Positions 20,507-29,445 of a stretch of 64,000 nt of DNA are shown piece after piece. A program made the position numbers and the translations under genes. The notes beneath the pieces are model-generated. The model was not told where the DNA came from and did no database searches. It saw only the letters and a program-made list of their open reading frames with translations. Origin of the DNA: Candidatus Bathyarchaeota archaeon (lineage in GTDB: Archaea > Thermoproteota > Bathyarchaeia > Bathyarchaeales > Bathycorpusculaceae). The stretch spans positions 64,001 to 128,000 of the forward strand of contig CAVZPM010000009.1 in assembly GCA_963777155.1 (NCBI GenBank). The letters run 5' to 3'. Each line of letters opens with the position of its first letter. Within the stretch, counting starts at the first letter, position 1.

Positions 20507-20614
20507 ATAACTCTTCCTCGTTCTAATGCATACAGGTCAGTTATATTAGTTTATCATTACACTCTTTGTTTATAAATTTGCCCTAATAAAACTTGCAAAC
20601 ATGTGCTTAAGCTG

Positions 20615-20853
20615 AAACAATTTTGCCTTACACTTCAGTTGGGTATCCGACATCGCGGGTAAATTCATAGTTTACGTAACCTTCTTGCTGGATTAAATGT
20701 TTACTACGGATCAGCTGCTGCGAATTCTTTCATGTTAACGAAACAACGGAGGCAATTTGGCAATACTTCGTACCCGCAATCGCAGGTCTTCTAGTTGCAA
20801 TAATCGTCATTGGCTTAGTATTAGCGCTATTGATAATGAAAAAACGAGCATAA
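20615..20853 (+). pseudogene. frameshifted 3' remnant of a membrane-anchored surface protein
   Basis: manual translation across frames: FSWVSDIAGKFIVYVTF / AGLNVYYGSAAANSF / VNETTEAIWQYFVPAIAGLLVAIIVIGLVLALLIMKKRA* (TM helix plus basic tail), then a T-rich terminator; no start or upstream body. Confidence 0.6.
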
Positions 20854-21177
20854 CTCAACCCCTATTTTCTTTTTTTGTTTATTATCAGTTTTCCAAAAAC
20901 TCAAGCAACAGACTCGAATGAAAAATATTTTTGTGTTTACGAAAACTCTTTGGGCTCCTTTAATTGTTTAAGCAGCTTTAGTAGTGTTTACTTGAGTCAA
21001 ACTAAGAAACAAGAAAGCGCTGTCTCTCAAACTGTTGGTTGATGTACTTAAGGAGGATTTGGTAATAACTTCTGTGGAAAAAACTTAGCCAACGCGTTAG
21101 AAGCTGCTGGTTTTTGCTTTAAAAGTCATAAAGTATAAGAATGCGTATGTTTCTTTTATGCAAAGCTGGTTGAAATC

Positions 21178-21453
21178 GTGAACGTTCCCAAAGAAGTAAA
21201 GACTTACTGTCCAAAATGTAAAGTTCATCAAATTCACAGTGTAACCCTCTACAAGGCAGGAAAACGTCGAGCATTGGCCAGAGGCGAAAGACACCACGAA
21301 CGCGAGAAGGAAGGTTACGGCGGACAGAAATATCCTCTGCAACATGAATTCGCTAAAACAACCAAAAAACAAACCTTGCGCCTAAAATGCAAAGTTTGCA
21401 ATTACATGCGTCACAAAGACGGCATCCGCCTAAGAAAATTAGCCATACAATAA
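21178..21453 (+). CDS. rpl44e: 50S ribosomal protein L44e (eL42)
   Basis: TYCPKC..H, GYGGQKYP, AKTTKKQTLRLKC..C. Confidence 0.97.
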   Translation: MNVPKEVKTYCPKCKVHQIHSVTLYKAGKRRALARGERHHEREKEGYGGQKYPLQHEFAKTTKKQTLRLKCKVCNYMRHKDGIRLRKLAIQ

Positions 21454-21475
21454 AATTAACGGAGTTTGAAAAAAT

Positions 21476-21673
21476 ATGTCTGACTGGAACAAACTTATTC
21501 CAAAACCAAGAAGCGTCTTCCTAAGGGTTAAATGCCAAAAATGCGGCAACGAACAACTCATCTTCAGCAACGCCGTCAATAAGATAGTCTGCAATGTATG
21601 CGGAGAAACCTTGGCTGAACCTTCGGGTGGAAGAGCAAAGATTAACGGTGACGTCCAAGCAGTTCTCGAGTAA
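21476..21673 (+). CDS. rps27e: 30S ribosomal protein S27e
   Basis: PRSVFLRVKCQKCGNEQ...CNVCG..LAEPSGG. Confidence 0.97.
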   Translation: MSDWNKLIPKPRSVFLRVKCQKCGNEQLIFSNAVNKIVCNVCGETLAEPSGGRAKINGDVQAVLE

Positions 21674-21688
21674 GAGATGAATTCCCAA

Positions 21689-21745
21689 ATGGCTGAGCGT
21701 AAGCTAAAGCTGCGACGACTTGGCACTTTTAGAAGGGATAAATGA
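21689..21745 (+). pseudogene. collapsed remnant of translation initiation factor aIF2-alpha (first and last codons only)
   Basis: 18-aa mini-ORF MAERKLKLRRLGTFRRDK* fills the rps27e-nop10 slot normally held by aIF2-alpha; its stop abuts the nop10 start; identification rests on synteny and recalled terminal sequences, not an alignment. Confidence 0.65.
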
Positions 21746-21916
21746 TTGGTTTGGCAACTGCGCAAATGCGTAAACTGCGAAAAATACACTTTGAATAAAA
21801 CTAGTTGCCCCTACTGTGGTGGAGCTGTGAGAATTCCACATCCGCCCAAATTTTCTCCAGACGACAAATACCTAAAGTACCGAATGGCTATGAAAAGGAG
21901 CGCTGAAACCCAATGA
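21746..21916 (+). CDS. nop10: H/ACA RNP protein Nop10 (missed by the ORF track)
   Basis: manual translation from TTG: MVWQLRKCVNCEKYTLNKTSCPYCGGAVRIPHPPKFSPDDKYLKYRMAMKRSAETQ*; CxxC-YTL-CPxCG-HPPKFSPDDKY signature. Confidence 0.95.
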   Translation: MVWQLRKCVNCEKYTLNKTSCPYCGGAVRIPHPPKFSPDDKYLKYRMAMKRSAETQ

Positions 21917-22684
21917 AAGAAACCTACATCAAAGAATTTGTTGAAATCCAACCAAACAACCCCGTACTTATCGAAGGGTTACCCGGACTTAGGTCTTGTG
22001 GGAAAAATTGCTTTGCGATACCTAATCAAACAGCTAAAACCCAAAAAAATCGCTTATCTTTATTCACCGCACTTTCCATACTTCGTTTTGGTCAACAAGA
22101 AAGGAAACGTAAGACTTTTGCGAGGAGCATTCTACTACTATCAAAACCCCAAAGGAAACGACATAATTCTCTTCACAGGCGACAGCCAAAGTCAAACCAT
22201 AGAAGGACAATATGAAATTGCCGATCGCATGCTAGACTTCAGTGAAAAACACGGCGTTAAAACAATCGCTACCATCGGCGGCTACCGCATGGAATCCAAA
22301 GAAAAACCCAAAGTCTTCATAGCCGCCACCAGCCAAGACCTCTTACAGAAGGCAATCCAATCAGGCGCATCATTAAGTACATCAGGGAGTCCAATCGTGG
22401 GTACCGCAGGATTAATTCTTGGACTAGCTAAATTCAAGAAAATCGATGCTATTTGCCTGTTGGGTGAAACACGTGGTTATCTGCCTGATCCTTTGGCGGC
22501 TAAAAGCGTTTTGGAAGTGCTGAAGTCAACGTTTAACTTTGACTTGGACCTGGCTGGTTTGAACGAAGAGATAGCTAAAGCAGAAACGATGGTGACACGC
22601 CTACAGCAAATAGAGGAAAAACGAGCGGTGCAAGCTGAAGAAACCCGAAAGCAAGAAGACAAAAAAACAACCTACATTTCTTAA
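21913..22684 (+). CDS. PAC2-family proteasome assembly chaperone (one +1 frameshift near 21990, probably sequencing error)
   Basis: LIEGLPGL (frame 1) joins GLVGKIA...LYSPHFP...GTAGLILG...CLLGETRGYLPDP (frame 2); follows nop10. Confidence 0.88.
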
Positions 22685-22897
22685 ATAAAATCTTTCCTTA
22701 TCACTTCGACAGTTTTCGTTGCAGCTGTGCCATCCCCAATTGGAGACACAGAGGCATTTTTTTCTTTTCCTTGAGGGCTTGGTGCATGGCAGCTAAAATA
22801 TTGCTCTTTTCGGTTCCAACCAACTTGGGGCTCGGATAACAGGTGCCATCTTGATTATTTCAGGTCTGCTTCCTGTAACTACAACAACTGGTTTCAA
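22681..22897 (-). pseudogene. wecB: internally deleted UDP-N-acetylglucosamine 2-epimerase (wecB) remnant
   Basis: reverse-strand translation: N-terminus MKPVVVVTGSRPEIIKMAPVIRA joined out of frame to C-terminus KLVGTEKSNILAAMHQAL...SPIGDGTAATKTVEVIRKDFI*. Confidence 0.85.
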
Positions 22898-22912
22898 ACC
22901 CTGAATCAACGC

Positions 22913-24946
22913 CTAAGTCTTTTTTAGGCATCCTTCTCGAGGCTCATAAATCGTTCCTTCCCGCAGAAGCTGCCCGATCATGCGTTCAACTTCGCCTCTT
23001 GGAATCTTGTGTTTGGTTTCCAACTCGTTAACCAGGGCGTCTTTCTCCACGATACCCGTTACCTTCTCCATATCCATCAGTGTAGACAACACAATCGATA
23101 ATCTGTCGCGGATGCTCTTTGGTCGACCAGTCATGATTAGGTCAATGTCCACTTTGTAGCTGGACATGTCGATTCCAACTTCCTCCAATGACCGCTTCAT
23201 AATTGCAATGGCAGCGTCTGCATCTGCCGCCGTAACTTCCTTGCGCAACGCAACTCTTGCTCTAGCTTCTGCAACTCGAACCAAAGATTCCAGTTGACGC
23301 GCCGTAATTGCAACGGGTGAACCTTCGGTTTCGCTTGCGGAACGCATCGCTAAGTAAAAGTCGCTGAGGCGGTTTAATGCATCCATGCTAAGTTCTGGTT
23401 GGATGCTTTTGGCAAAACTGACATATTTGCGCAGAAGTTCAGCATCGACTTGTGCTTCAACGGGGCTTACTCCTCTTCTATGGATCTCCAGTATGTGCCG
23501 GGACATTTTGCTGTCGGATTCTTTGTTTGGTACGTCTCGGAGGACGAAGATTAGGTCGAAACGTGAGAGGATGGTTACTGGTAGGGATATGTTTTCTGCA
23601 ACGGTTCGGTTGGGTTCATACCTGCCCAACGATGGGTTCGCTGCGGCTAGGACCGCTGTTCTCGCGTTTAATGTGGCGACGATGCCTCCTTTTGCAACTG
23701 AAACAGTATGTTGCTCCATGGCTTCGTGTATGGCAACGCGGTCTTCGGGACGCATTTTATCCATTTCGTCGATGCATGCAATGCCCTTGTCTGCAAGCAC
23801 CAATGCACCTGCTTCAAGACTCATGCTTCCACCCTTCTCTCGAACAACTGCAGCGGTTAAACCTGCTGCTGTCGTGCCTCTGCCTGAAGTGTAGAGACCT
23901 CTTGGCGCTATTCTTGCAACATACTGCAATAGCTGTGATTTAGCGGTTCCTGGGTCACCAATGAGCAAAGCGTTCATCTCGCCTCTAACGTTCACGTCTG
24001 GTAGGCTTTTTGAAACACCACCAAAGAGCAAGTACATTATTGCTTCTTTGATATGCTCTAAACCAAAGATTGATGGCGCGATGGATGTCATGATTTTGCG
24101 ATGTACTTCCGGATCTTTGGATAATGCGACCATTTTCGCTTCTTCTTCAGGTGTGGGTGGCGAGGTTTCTGGTTCTTTACCTAAAACTTCTATGGAATTT
24201 GCGTCCAGTTGAAGAATGAAAGTGCGAAGCTTTCCCATGCCCATAAGTGAAGGTGCAAAAGCGCGTACTGTACCAACGATGGAAACATGATCTCCTGGCC
24301 TAGCTACATCGACTATTTCATCGCCTACAAGCTTCACCGCTAATACGCGCGGAAGCTGTCCGGGAGGTAAATCTTCAGGTTTTTCTTGCAACCTTAGGTC
24401 TTGTGAATCGATGAATGTAGATTCTTCTTGGCTGAACTCGAATGGTCCATCCCTACCACAGTCTGGAGCTACACAAACTGATGGCGCTTTCAAAAACTGC
24501 CCCGTTTGCTCGACTAGATTCATGGTGCCGCACCGTTTGCATTTGAAAGCTCCTAATTGAACCATCGGCCGCACAGGTGTTGCTCTCACAACGATACCTT
24601 CAATCATGACCAGTTTGCTCATTTGTCTTGAGCCAAGCTTCCGGAGCACCTCTTTACCCAGAAGCTTAACGATTCTTACAATGACCTTCTCTATTTTTTC
24701 CGCGTACTCCGCATCTTCGATACGAAGCTGTTCGTAAGCTCCTTTGCCTGCGTGTTGCAGATATTCTTCAGGTTTGTTGAGCAAAAGTTCCGAGAGAGCT
24801 TGATCGAACCCGTAGAGTTCCTCAAAATCAATTGTTAATGATCCTTTTCCTGTGATGGCTAACTGGGCAATTTTCTGGCGGTACTTTTCTTTCTTGAAGA
24901 ATTCTTGAAAACGCTGCTGAGGATCTATGGTTTCGAGTTTAGCCAT
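22913..24946 (-). CDS. mcm: replicative helicase MCM
   Basis: CKRC..C..C zinc finger, Walker A GDPGTAKS, Walker B IDEMDKM, arginine finger SRFD; no intein. Confidence 0.98.
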   Translation of the reverse strand: MAKLETIDPQQRFQEFFKKEKYRQKIAQLAITGKGSLTIDFEELYGFDQALSELLLNKPEEYLQHAGKGAYEQLRIEDAEYAEKIEKVIVRIVKLLGKEVLRKLGSRQMSKLVMIEGIVVRATPVRPMVQLGAFKCKRCGTMNLVEQTGQFLKAPSVCVAPDCGRDGPFEFSQEESTFIDSQDLRLQEKPEDLPPGQLPRVLAVKLVGDEIVDVARPGDHVSIVGTVRAFAPSLMGMGKLRTFILQLDANSIEVLGKEPETSPPTPEEEAKMVALSKDPEVHRKIMTSIAPSIFGLEHIKEAIMYLLFGGVSKSLPDVNVRGEMNALLIGDPGTAKSQLLQYVARIAPRGLYTSGRGTTAAGLTAAVVREKGGSMSLEAGALVLADKGIACIDEMDKMRPEDRVAIHEAMEQHTVSVAKGGIVATLNARTAVLAAANPSLGRYEPNRTVAENISLPVTILSRFDLIFVLRDVPNKESDSKMSRHILEIHRRGVSPVEAQVDAELLRKYVSFAKSIQPELSMDALNRLSDFYLAMRSASETEGSPVAITARQLESLVRVAEARARVALRKEVTAADADAAIAIMKRSLEEVGIDMSSYKVDIDLIMTGRPKSIRDRLSIVLSTLMDMEKVTGIVEKDALVNELETKHKIPRGEVERMIGQLLREGTIYEPREGCLKKT

Positions 24947-24948
24947 CT

Positions 24949-25521
24949 TTACTTTTCTCCAGCGTTTTCTAATATCGTGGTTTTCCATTCAGAGATGATT
25001 TTGACTAGTTGCTCGTAGACGAGGCGTTCTTCACTCGTGAATTTCTTTAGAACCTGGTCGCTCTGGGCTGGAGCGGCGGATATGGCAACTATTTTTTTTA
25101 ATCTTGAATTCACGATGTCGCGTGCTAACTGTTTTGCTCGGTCGTATTCTTGGTATTTCTCGGATTGTTTTTGCGATTGATCTCTTAAGTCAGCGATGAA
25201 CCTGCGTAGTTTAGGGTAGAAGTCTCCTGGCAGCTCTGAGATTTGCCCTGGAATTTGCACACCTTCCTTCCACTGTACCTTAAACAACTTCGTGGCATCA
25301 AGGGTTTCATCTTCCCGGAAATGTACAATTCCATTTACGGCGAGTTCTCTAGCTACCCAAAAATAAACTTCGTATTCGTTTCCTTCATCGAATGGACCAA
25401 CAGTGAGTCCTGCAAGCTTGATTTCTGGGCAGTTGCGGTTCGCTACGATTTTAACCATAGAGTTCTCGTAGCAGAAGTCCAATGTGCATATTTTCGACGC
25501 CACTCCCAGTTTCCCTCTCAA
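24949..25521 (-). CDS. gins23: GINS subunit Gins23
   Basis: VYFWVAREL, ELPGDFYPKLR, RLKKIV, FTSEERLVY; directly upstream of mcm. Confidence 0.85.
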   Translation of the reverse strand: MRGKLGVASKICTLDFCYENSMVKIVANRNCPEIKLAGLTVGPFDEGNEYEVYFWVARELAVNGIVHFREDETLDATKLFKVQWKEGVQIPGQISELPGDFYPKLRRFIADLRDQSQKQSEKYQEYDRAKQLARDIVNSRLKKIVAISAAPAQSDQVLKKFTSEERLVYEQLVKIISEWKTTILENAGEK

Positions 25522-26149
25522 TCTGTTTGCCTTTAACGGGATTCAACACATATGGCGAAAGGGGTTTTAAGGGTTTGCACTAGAGTTTTTTTACCGCTTA
25601 AGATTCAATATAAGGTGTTTTCGCTTGTAGTGGTTTTGTTTCTACTCGCAGAAGTTGATAAAGCCCTTCTTCTCGGCAGTTATCTTACAATAAACCCTAT
25701 TGTGGTGTGGCTGACCGTCTCGATTTGCCGATTTTTGTCAATATATTTTTTTAACAGTGTCTTTTCTCTCTTTGTGTGGGTGTGGGGCTATAAAATTGCA
25801 CACTACACTTGAGGCTTTGGAAAGGGGTACCTTTTTAGTTTGGGTTGTTTTCCTCTTTTGGTTTGAGTGTGGGGAGGGTGGATTGTTCCACTCAGTCATC
25901 ATGGGTTCCATGTTGAGTTGTGTGGATGTGAGTGTGGGAGTATGTTGGCGGTTCTATTCCTGTCTCGATGGACTTTTGTCGTGCAGTTCTGGTTTTTGAG
26001 TTTTTTAGAGATTGCTTTGGAATAATGGCCTGGTTGCTGATTTTATACTCTGAAGGATTCAAGCTTTTGATGCATTGCTGAAGAGTTTTAAAGTATGACT
26101 TGGGAGGTTTGCTGCAACCTGTACTCGACAATTAAAGAAATAAATCAGG

Positions 26150-27400
26150 TTATGGCCAAAGTCCCAGTGTTTTAATGGCGTTTGCTACTCTGCCAACTCC
26201 CAGCATCAGCGCACCTGTGCGCATATCACTATCTTCTTTTACAACAATCGCTTCTACATCATTGAATGCTTTAGTCATCTTCGCTTCAAGCTTAGTGTTG
26301 ACTGTTTCCAGCGGCCACTGCTCCCGAGTCAAATTCTGCACCCACTCAAAATAGCTCACGGTAACGCCGCCACTATTGGCAAGAATGTCTGGGATAAGGC
26401 AGATTTCTTTTTCGTAGAGGATTATGTCGGCTTCAGGCGTGGTCGGTCCGTTTGCGGCTTCTGCAACCACTTTTGCCTTGATTTTGTCAGCGTTTTTTTG
26501 GGTGATTTGGTTTTCTAAGGCTGCAGGAATAAGCACGTCGCATGGCAGTTCGAGGAGTTCTTGGTTAGTTATGTTCTTGCAACCCTTGTAGTTTTGCACT
26601 GTTTTGGTTTTTTCTTTGTGTGCCAAAACAGCCTCAGGGTTTAAGCCATCGGGGCAGTAGATCCCACCCGACGAGTCGCTAACAGCTATCACTTTGCATC
26701 CAATTTCCCTTGCCGCTGTTGCAGCGTGGTAACCGACGTTGCCAAAGCCCTGGATCACTACGGAGGCATTCTTTAGTTTTAAACAGTTGTTTTTGGATGC
26801 TTGCTTAACGCAATGGATGACACCTCGCCCTGTGGCTTCCGTTCTTCCCCATGAACCACCAATCTCGACCGGTTTGCCAGTGGCGCTTTCGGGTATTCTG
26901 TAGCCTTTGAGTTGGCTGTAGGTATCCATTATCCATGCCATGGTTTGGGCGTCAGTGTACATGTCGGGCGCTGGGATGTCCATGTGCGGACCAAGGTACT
27001 CTGAGATTAAGCTTACATACCGTCTTGTTAAGCGTTCCAGCTCGTGTTTGCTGAGTTTTTTACTGTCCACACAAACCCCGCCTTTTGCCCCGCCGAATGG
27101 AATATCCGCGATGGCGCACTTCCAAGTCATTAACATAGCTAACGCAGTAACTTCGTCAAGCGTGATGTTTGGATAGAAGCGGATTCCTCCCTTGAAGGGT
27201 CCACGTGCATCCCAATGCTGCACACGAATACCGTTGAAAACACCCACTGAGCCATTGTCCATCCGGATGTCTATGCTTACTGAGATGGAGCGTTTGGGAT
27301 AACTGAGCATTTTTTGCATTCCATGATCAAGCTCGAGCTTTTTGGATGCAAGTTTAAGTTGGGTTAGGGCAACGCTAAGTGCTGTATGTTCTTCCGCCAT
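26150..27400 (-). CDS. gdhA: glutamate dehydrogenase (Glu/Leu/Phe/Val dehydrogenase family)
   Basis: GPFKGGIRF, MTWKCA, PFGGAKGG, DIPAPD, QGFGNVG, EAANGP, SYFEWVQN. Confidence 0.95.
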   Translation of the reverse strand: MAEEHTALSVALTQLKLASKKLELDHGMQKMLSYPKRSISVSIDIRMDNGSVGVFNGIRVQHWDARGPFKGGIRFYPNITLDEVTALAMLMTWKCAIADIPFGGAKGGVCVDSKKLSKHELERLTRRYVSLISEYLGPHMDIPAPDMYTDAQTMAWIMDTYSQLKGYRIPESATGKPVEIGGSWGRTEATGRGVIHCVKQASKNNCLKLKNASVVIQGFGNVGYHAATAAREIGCKVIAVSDSSGGIYCPDGLNPEAVLAHKEKTKTVQNYKGCKNITNQELLELPCDVLIPAALENQITQKNADKIKAKVVAEAANGPTTPEADIILYEKEICLIPDILANSGGVTVSYFEWVQNLTREQWPLETVNTKLEAKMTKAFNDVEAIVVKEDSDMRTGALMLGVGRVANAIKTLGLWP

Positions 27401-27651
27401 AAAGTGACGCCTTGTACATTTTGTAAAGTTGGAATGGCTAGATAAGAATTGCCTTTGCCTGTTTTTGTATGGGTTTGGTTGATGCTTCCGTATACAAAAA
27501 CGTCTAATTCTCTTTTAACCTACCCTCACTACATTGAGAAACACTGCGATCGATAAACAGCCGTCAAATTGCATCAAACACTAACATTATTGGCTCAAAC
27601 AGAGCGTAATTAACAATTTAGTTAAAAAAACAACCAAATAAAAAAGAAGGT

Positions 27652-29262
27652 TTAGTAGTCAAGAATTTTCTTGACTACGTCGTTTTCCACTTCATGTGCC
27701 AACGGAATTCCCGTGACTTGCGTAGCTATTGTGCTAAGGCTCATCAGGTCACCTCTGGTAAGCAAACCAAGGTTCCATTTGCGGTTGCCAGCCATCAACT
27801 GCTTCAACCCAACCCCGACCCTATCGGTCAAGTACGTATAGACGCCGATGCTTTCCAATGGGATTTCGCCAAAGCGCTTGCCATATTTTGCCCTAAGTTC
27901 CGGTGTAGCGATGAAGAATTTGTCTGGTGTCGCACCGAATTTGTCGGTGAAGTTCTTTGGAAGTTTTCCTTGGGCGGCAAGTTGCTTGAAGTAGCTTGCT
28001 TTCATGGCCGCAGTGATTGGTGAGCGCCCCATCAAGACTGCTTTAACGAGGGGGCCTTCTCCAAAGTTGCTCATGGCAATAGTTTTGAATATGGATGTTT
28101 CTTCGATGAATCCACCTGCCATAACCAAGTCTGGAACGTACTTTCCTTTCTTTTTGAGGATTTGGGCACACTGCATTACCAGCACTTGCAGGAAGAGTGT
28201 AGGGATGCTCATTTCATCCATCATGGGTACGGGGCTCATGCCTGTTCCACCGCCTGCTCCGTCAAAGCTCAGAGCGTCGATTTTGGCTTCTGAAGCAAAC
28301 TTCATAGTGTATGCGACTGCTGAGGGTCGGTATGCGCCTGTTTTGAGGAACACTTTTTTGGCGCCTGATTTACGCAACCACTCGATGTCTTCGAGAAAGC
28401 TCTTTTCTTTAGGTATGCCGACTCTGCTGTGTCGTTCAAAAGTGTTGAAGACCCCCTCTTTGAATGCTTGTTGAACCACTGGGTCTTCAGGGTCTGGGAT
28501 TACGATGTAGCCGCGTTTTTTAAGCAGGATGGCTTTTTCGATGTCTTTGAGGCGTACTTCTCCACCTATGGCTTTTGCTCCTTGTCCCCACTTGCGCTCG
28601 ATGATGTTGACCTCCAGCTTGGACAACGCGTATGCGTCTATGCCCAGTCGTTGGTCTTCAACGTTTGTTTGCACGATAACATCGCCGTATTTTTTGTCCC
28701 AGAACTTACGGAACGAATCCACTCTGCGTTTAAGTTCGGGTGAATGGGTAATTTTGCCGCCTGTTAGGGTGGCTTGTACATCCATCCCGGCTATGTTTTC
28801 TCCGACGGTTACTGAAACGCCTGAAAGTGCGGCACCGATTGCTAAACCATCCCAGTTTACCCGCGCCACCTCGGTAGAGCCGAAAGCTCCTGTTAGAATT
28901 GGCAGTTTTAATGGCATTCCGCCTACGACTGTTTCGACGTTAGCTTTGGGAAATATGGCCGCCTCTGAAGTTTCAGGTATGCCTTGTGCGTCAAAGAGTC
29001 CTGCTTGGATGCTGAAGTGTGACCAGTCTAAGCCGAAGTTTTTGAGAGCTCCTGCGGTGCTAGTTCCGAACTGTGCTGGTTCGGGATAGAGAGCCTCTCT
29101 TCCGCGGAAGGCTGAGAGACTAATTTCGCACATGACTGGGCAATCGCGGATGCAGATAGGGCACATACCGCTGATTGTAGAGGTGTCTTTTAGTCGGGTG
29201 TTTGTCCCGACGGTTGATTTTCCGTTTAGGTATGAACTGTTTCTGTGTATTCTTTCACTCAT
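27652..29262 (-). CDS. stand-alone FMN-binding glutamate synthase family protein
   Basis: SGMCPICIRDC...CE Cys cluster, ERKWGQGAKAIGGE, LKTGAY, DGAGGGTGMSP, MAGGF. Confidence 0.88.
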   Translation of the reverse strand: MSERIHRNSSYLNGKSTVGTNTRLKDTSTISGMCPICIRDCPVMCEISLSAFRGREALYPEPAQFGTSTAGALKNFGLDWSHFSIQAGLFDAQGIPETSEAAIFPKANVETVVGGMPLKLPILTGAFGSTEVARVNWDGLAIGAALSGVSVTVGENIAGMDVQATLTGGKITHSPELKRRVDSFRKFWDKKYGDVIVQTNVEDQRLGIDAYALSKLEVNIIERKWGQGAKAIGGEVRLKDIEKAILLKKRGYIVIPDPEDPVVQQAFKEGVFNTFERHSRVGIPKEKSFLEDIEWLRKSGAKKVFLKTGAYRPSAVAYTMKFASEAKIDALSFDGAGGGTGMSPVPMMDEMSIPTLFLQVLVMQCAQILKKKGKYVPDLVMAGGFIEETSIFKTIAMSNFGEGPLVKAVLMGRSPITAAMKASYFKQLAAQGKLPKNFTDKFGATPDKFFIATPELRAKYGKRFGEIPLESIGVYTYLTDRVGVGLKQLMAGNRKWNLGLLTRGDLMSLSTIATQVTGIPLAHEVENDVVKKILDY

Positions 29263-29445
29263 TTGTCCAAATCTCCAAGTTCCACTAACGCTAAATTGGA
29301 TTCCAGTGCGTTTGTTTAGTATTTAACATTATGCTAAAGCATTTATGTGAAAAAAACGTAAATTATACGAAATAAACGAAACAACCGTTCAGCACTAGAC
29401 GTATGGTAATGCACAAAAAGTCGTCAGTTGCTACTGAACAACTGT

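Noticed and set aside
25800-25900. ORB-like words (tggaaagggg, gttccactc) as a replication origin
   Set aside because: No complete TTCCAnnGGAAA plus G-string box, no repeated boxes, and no cdc6/orc1 gene in the window.
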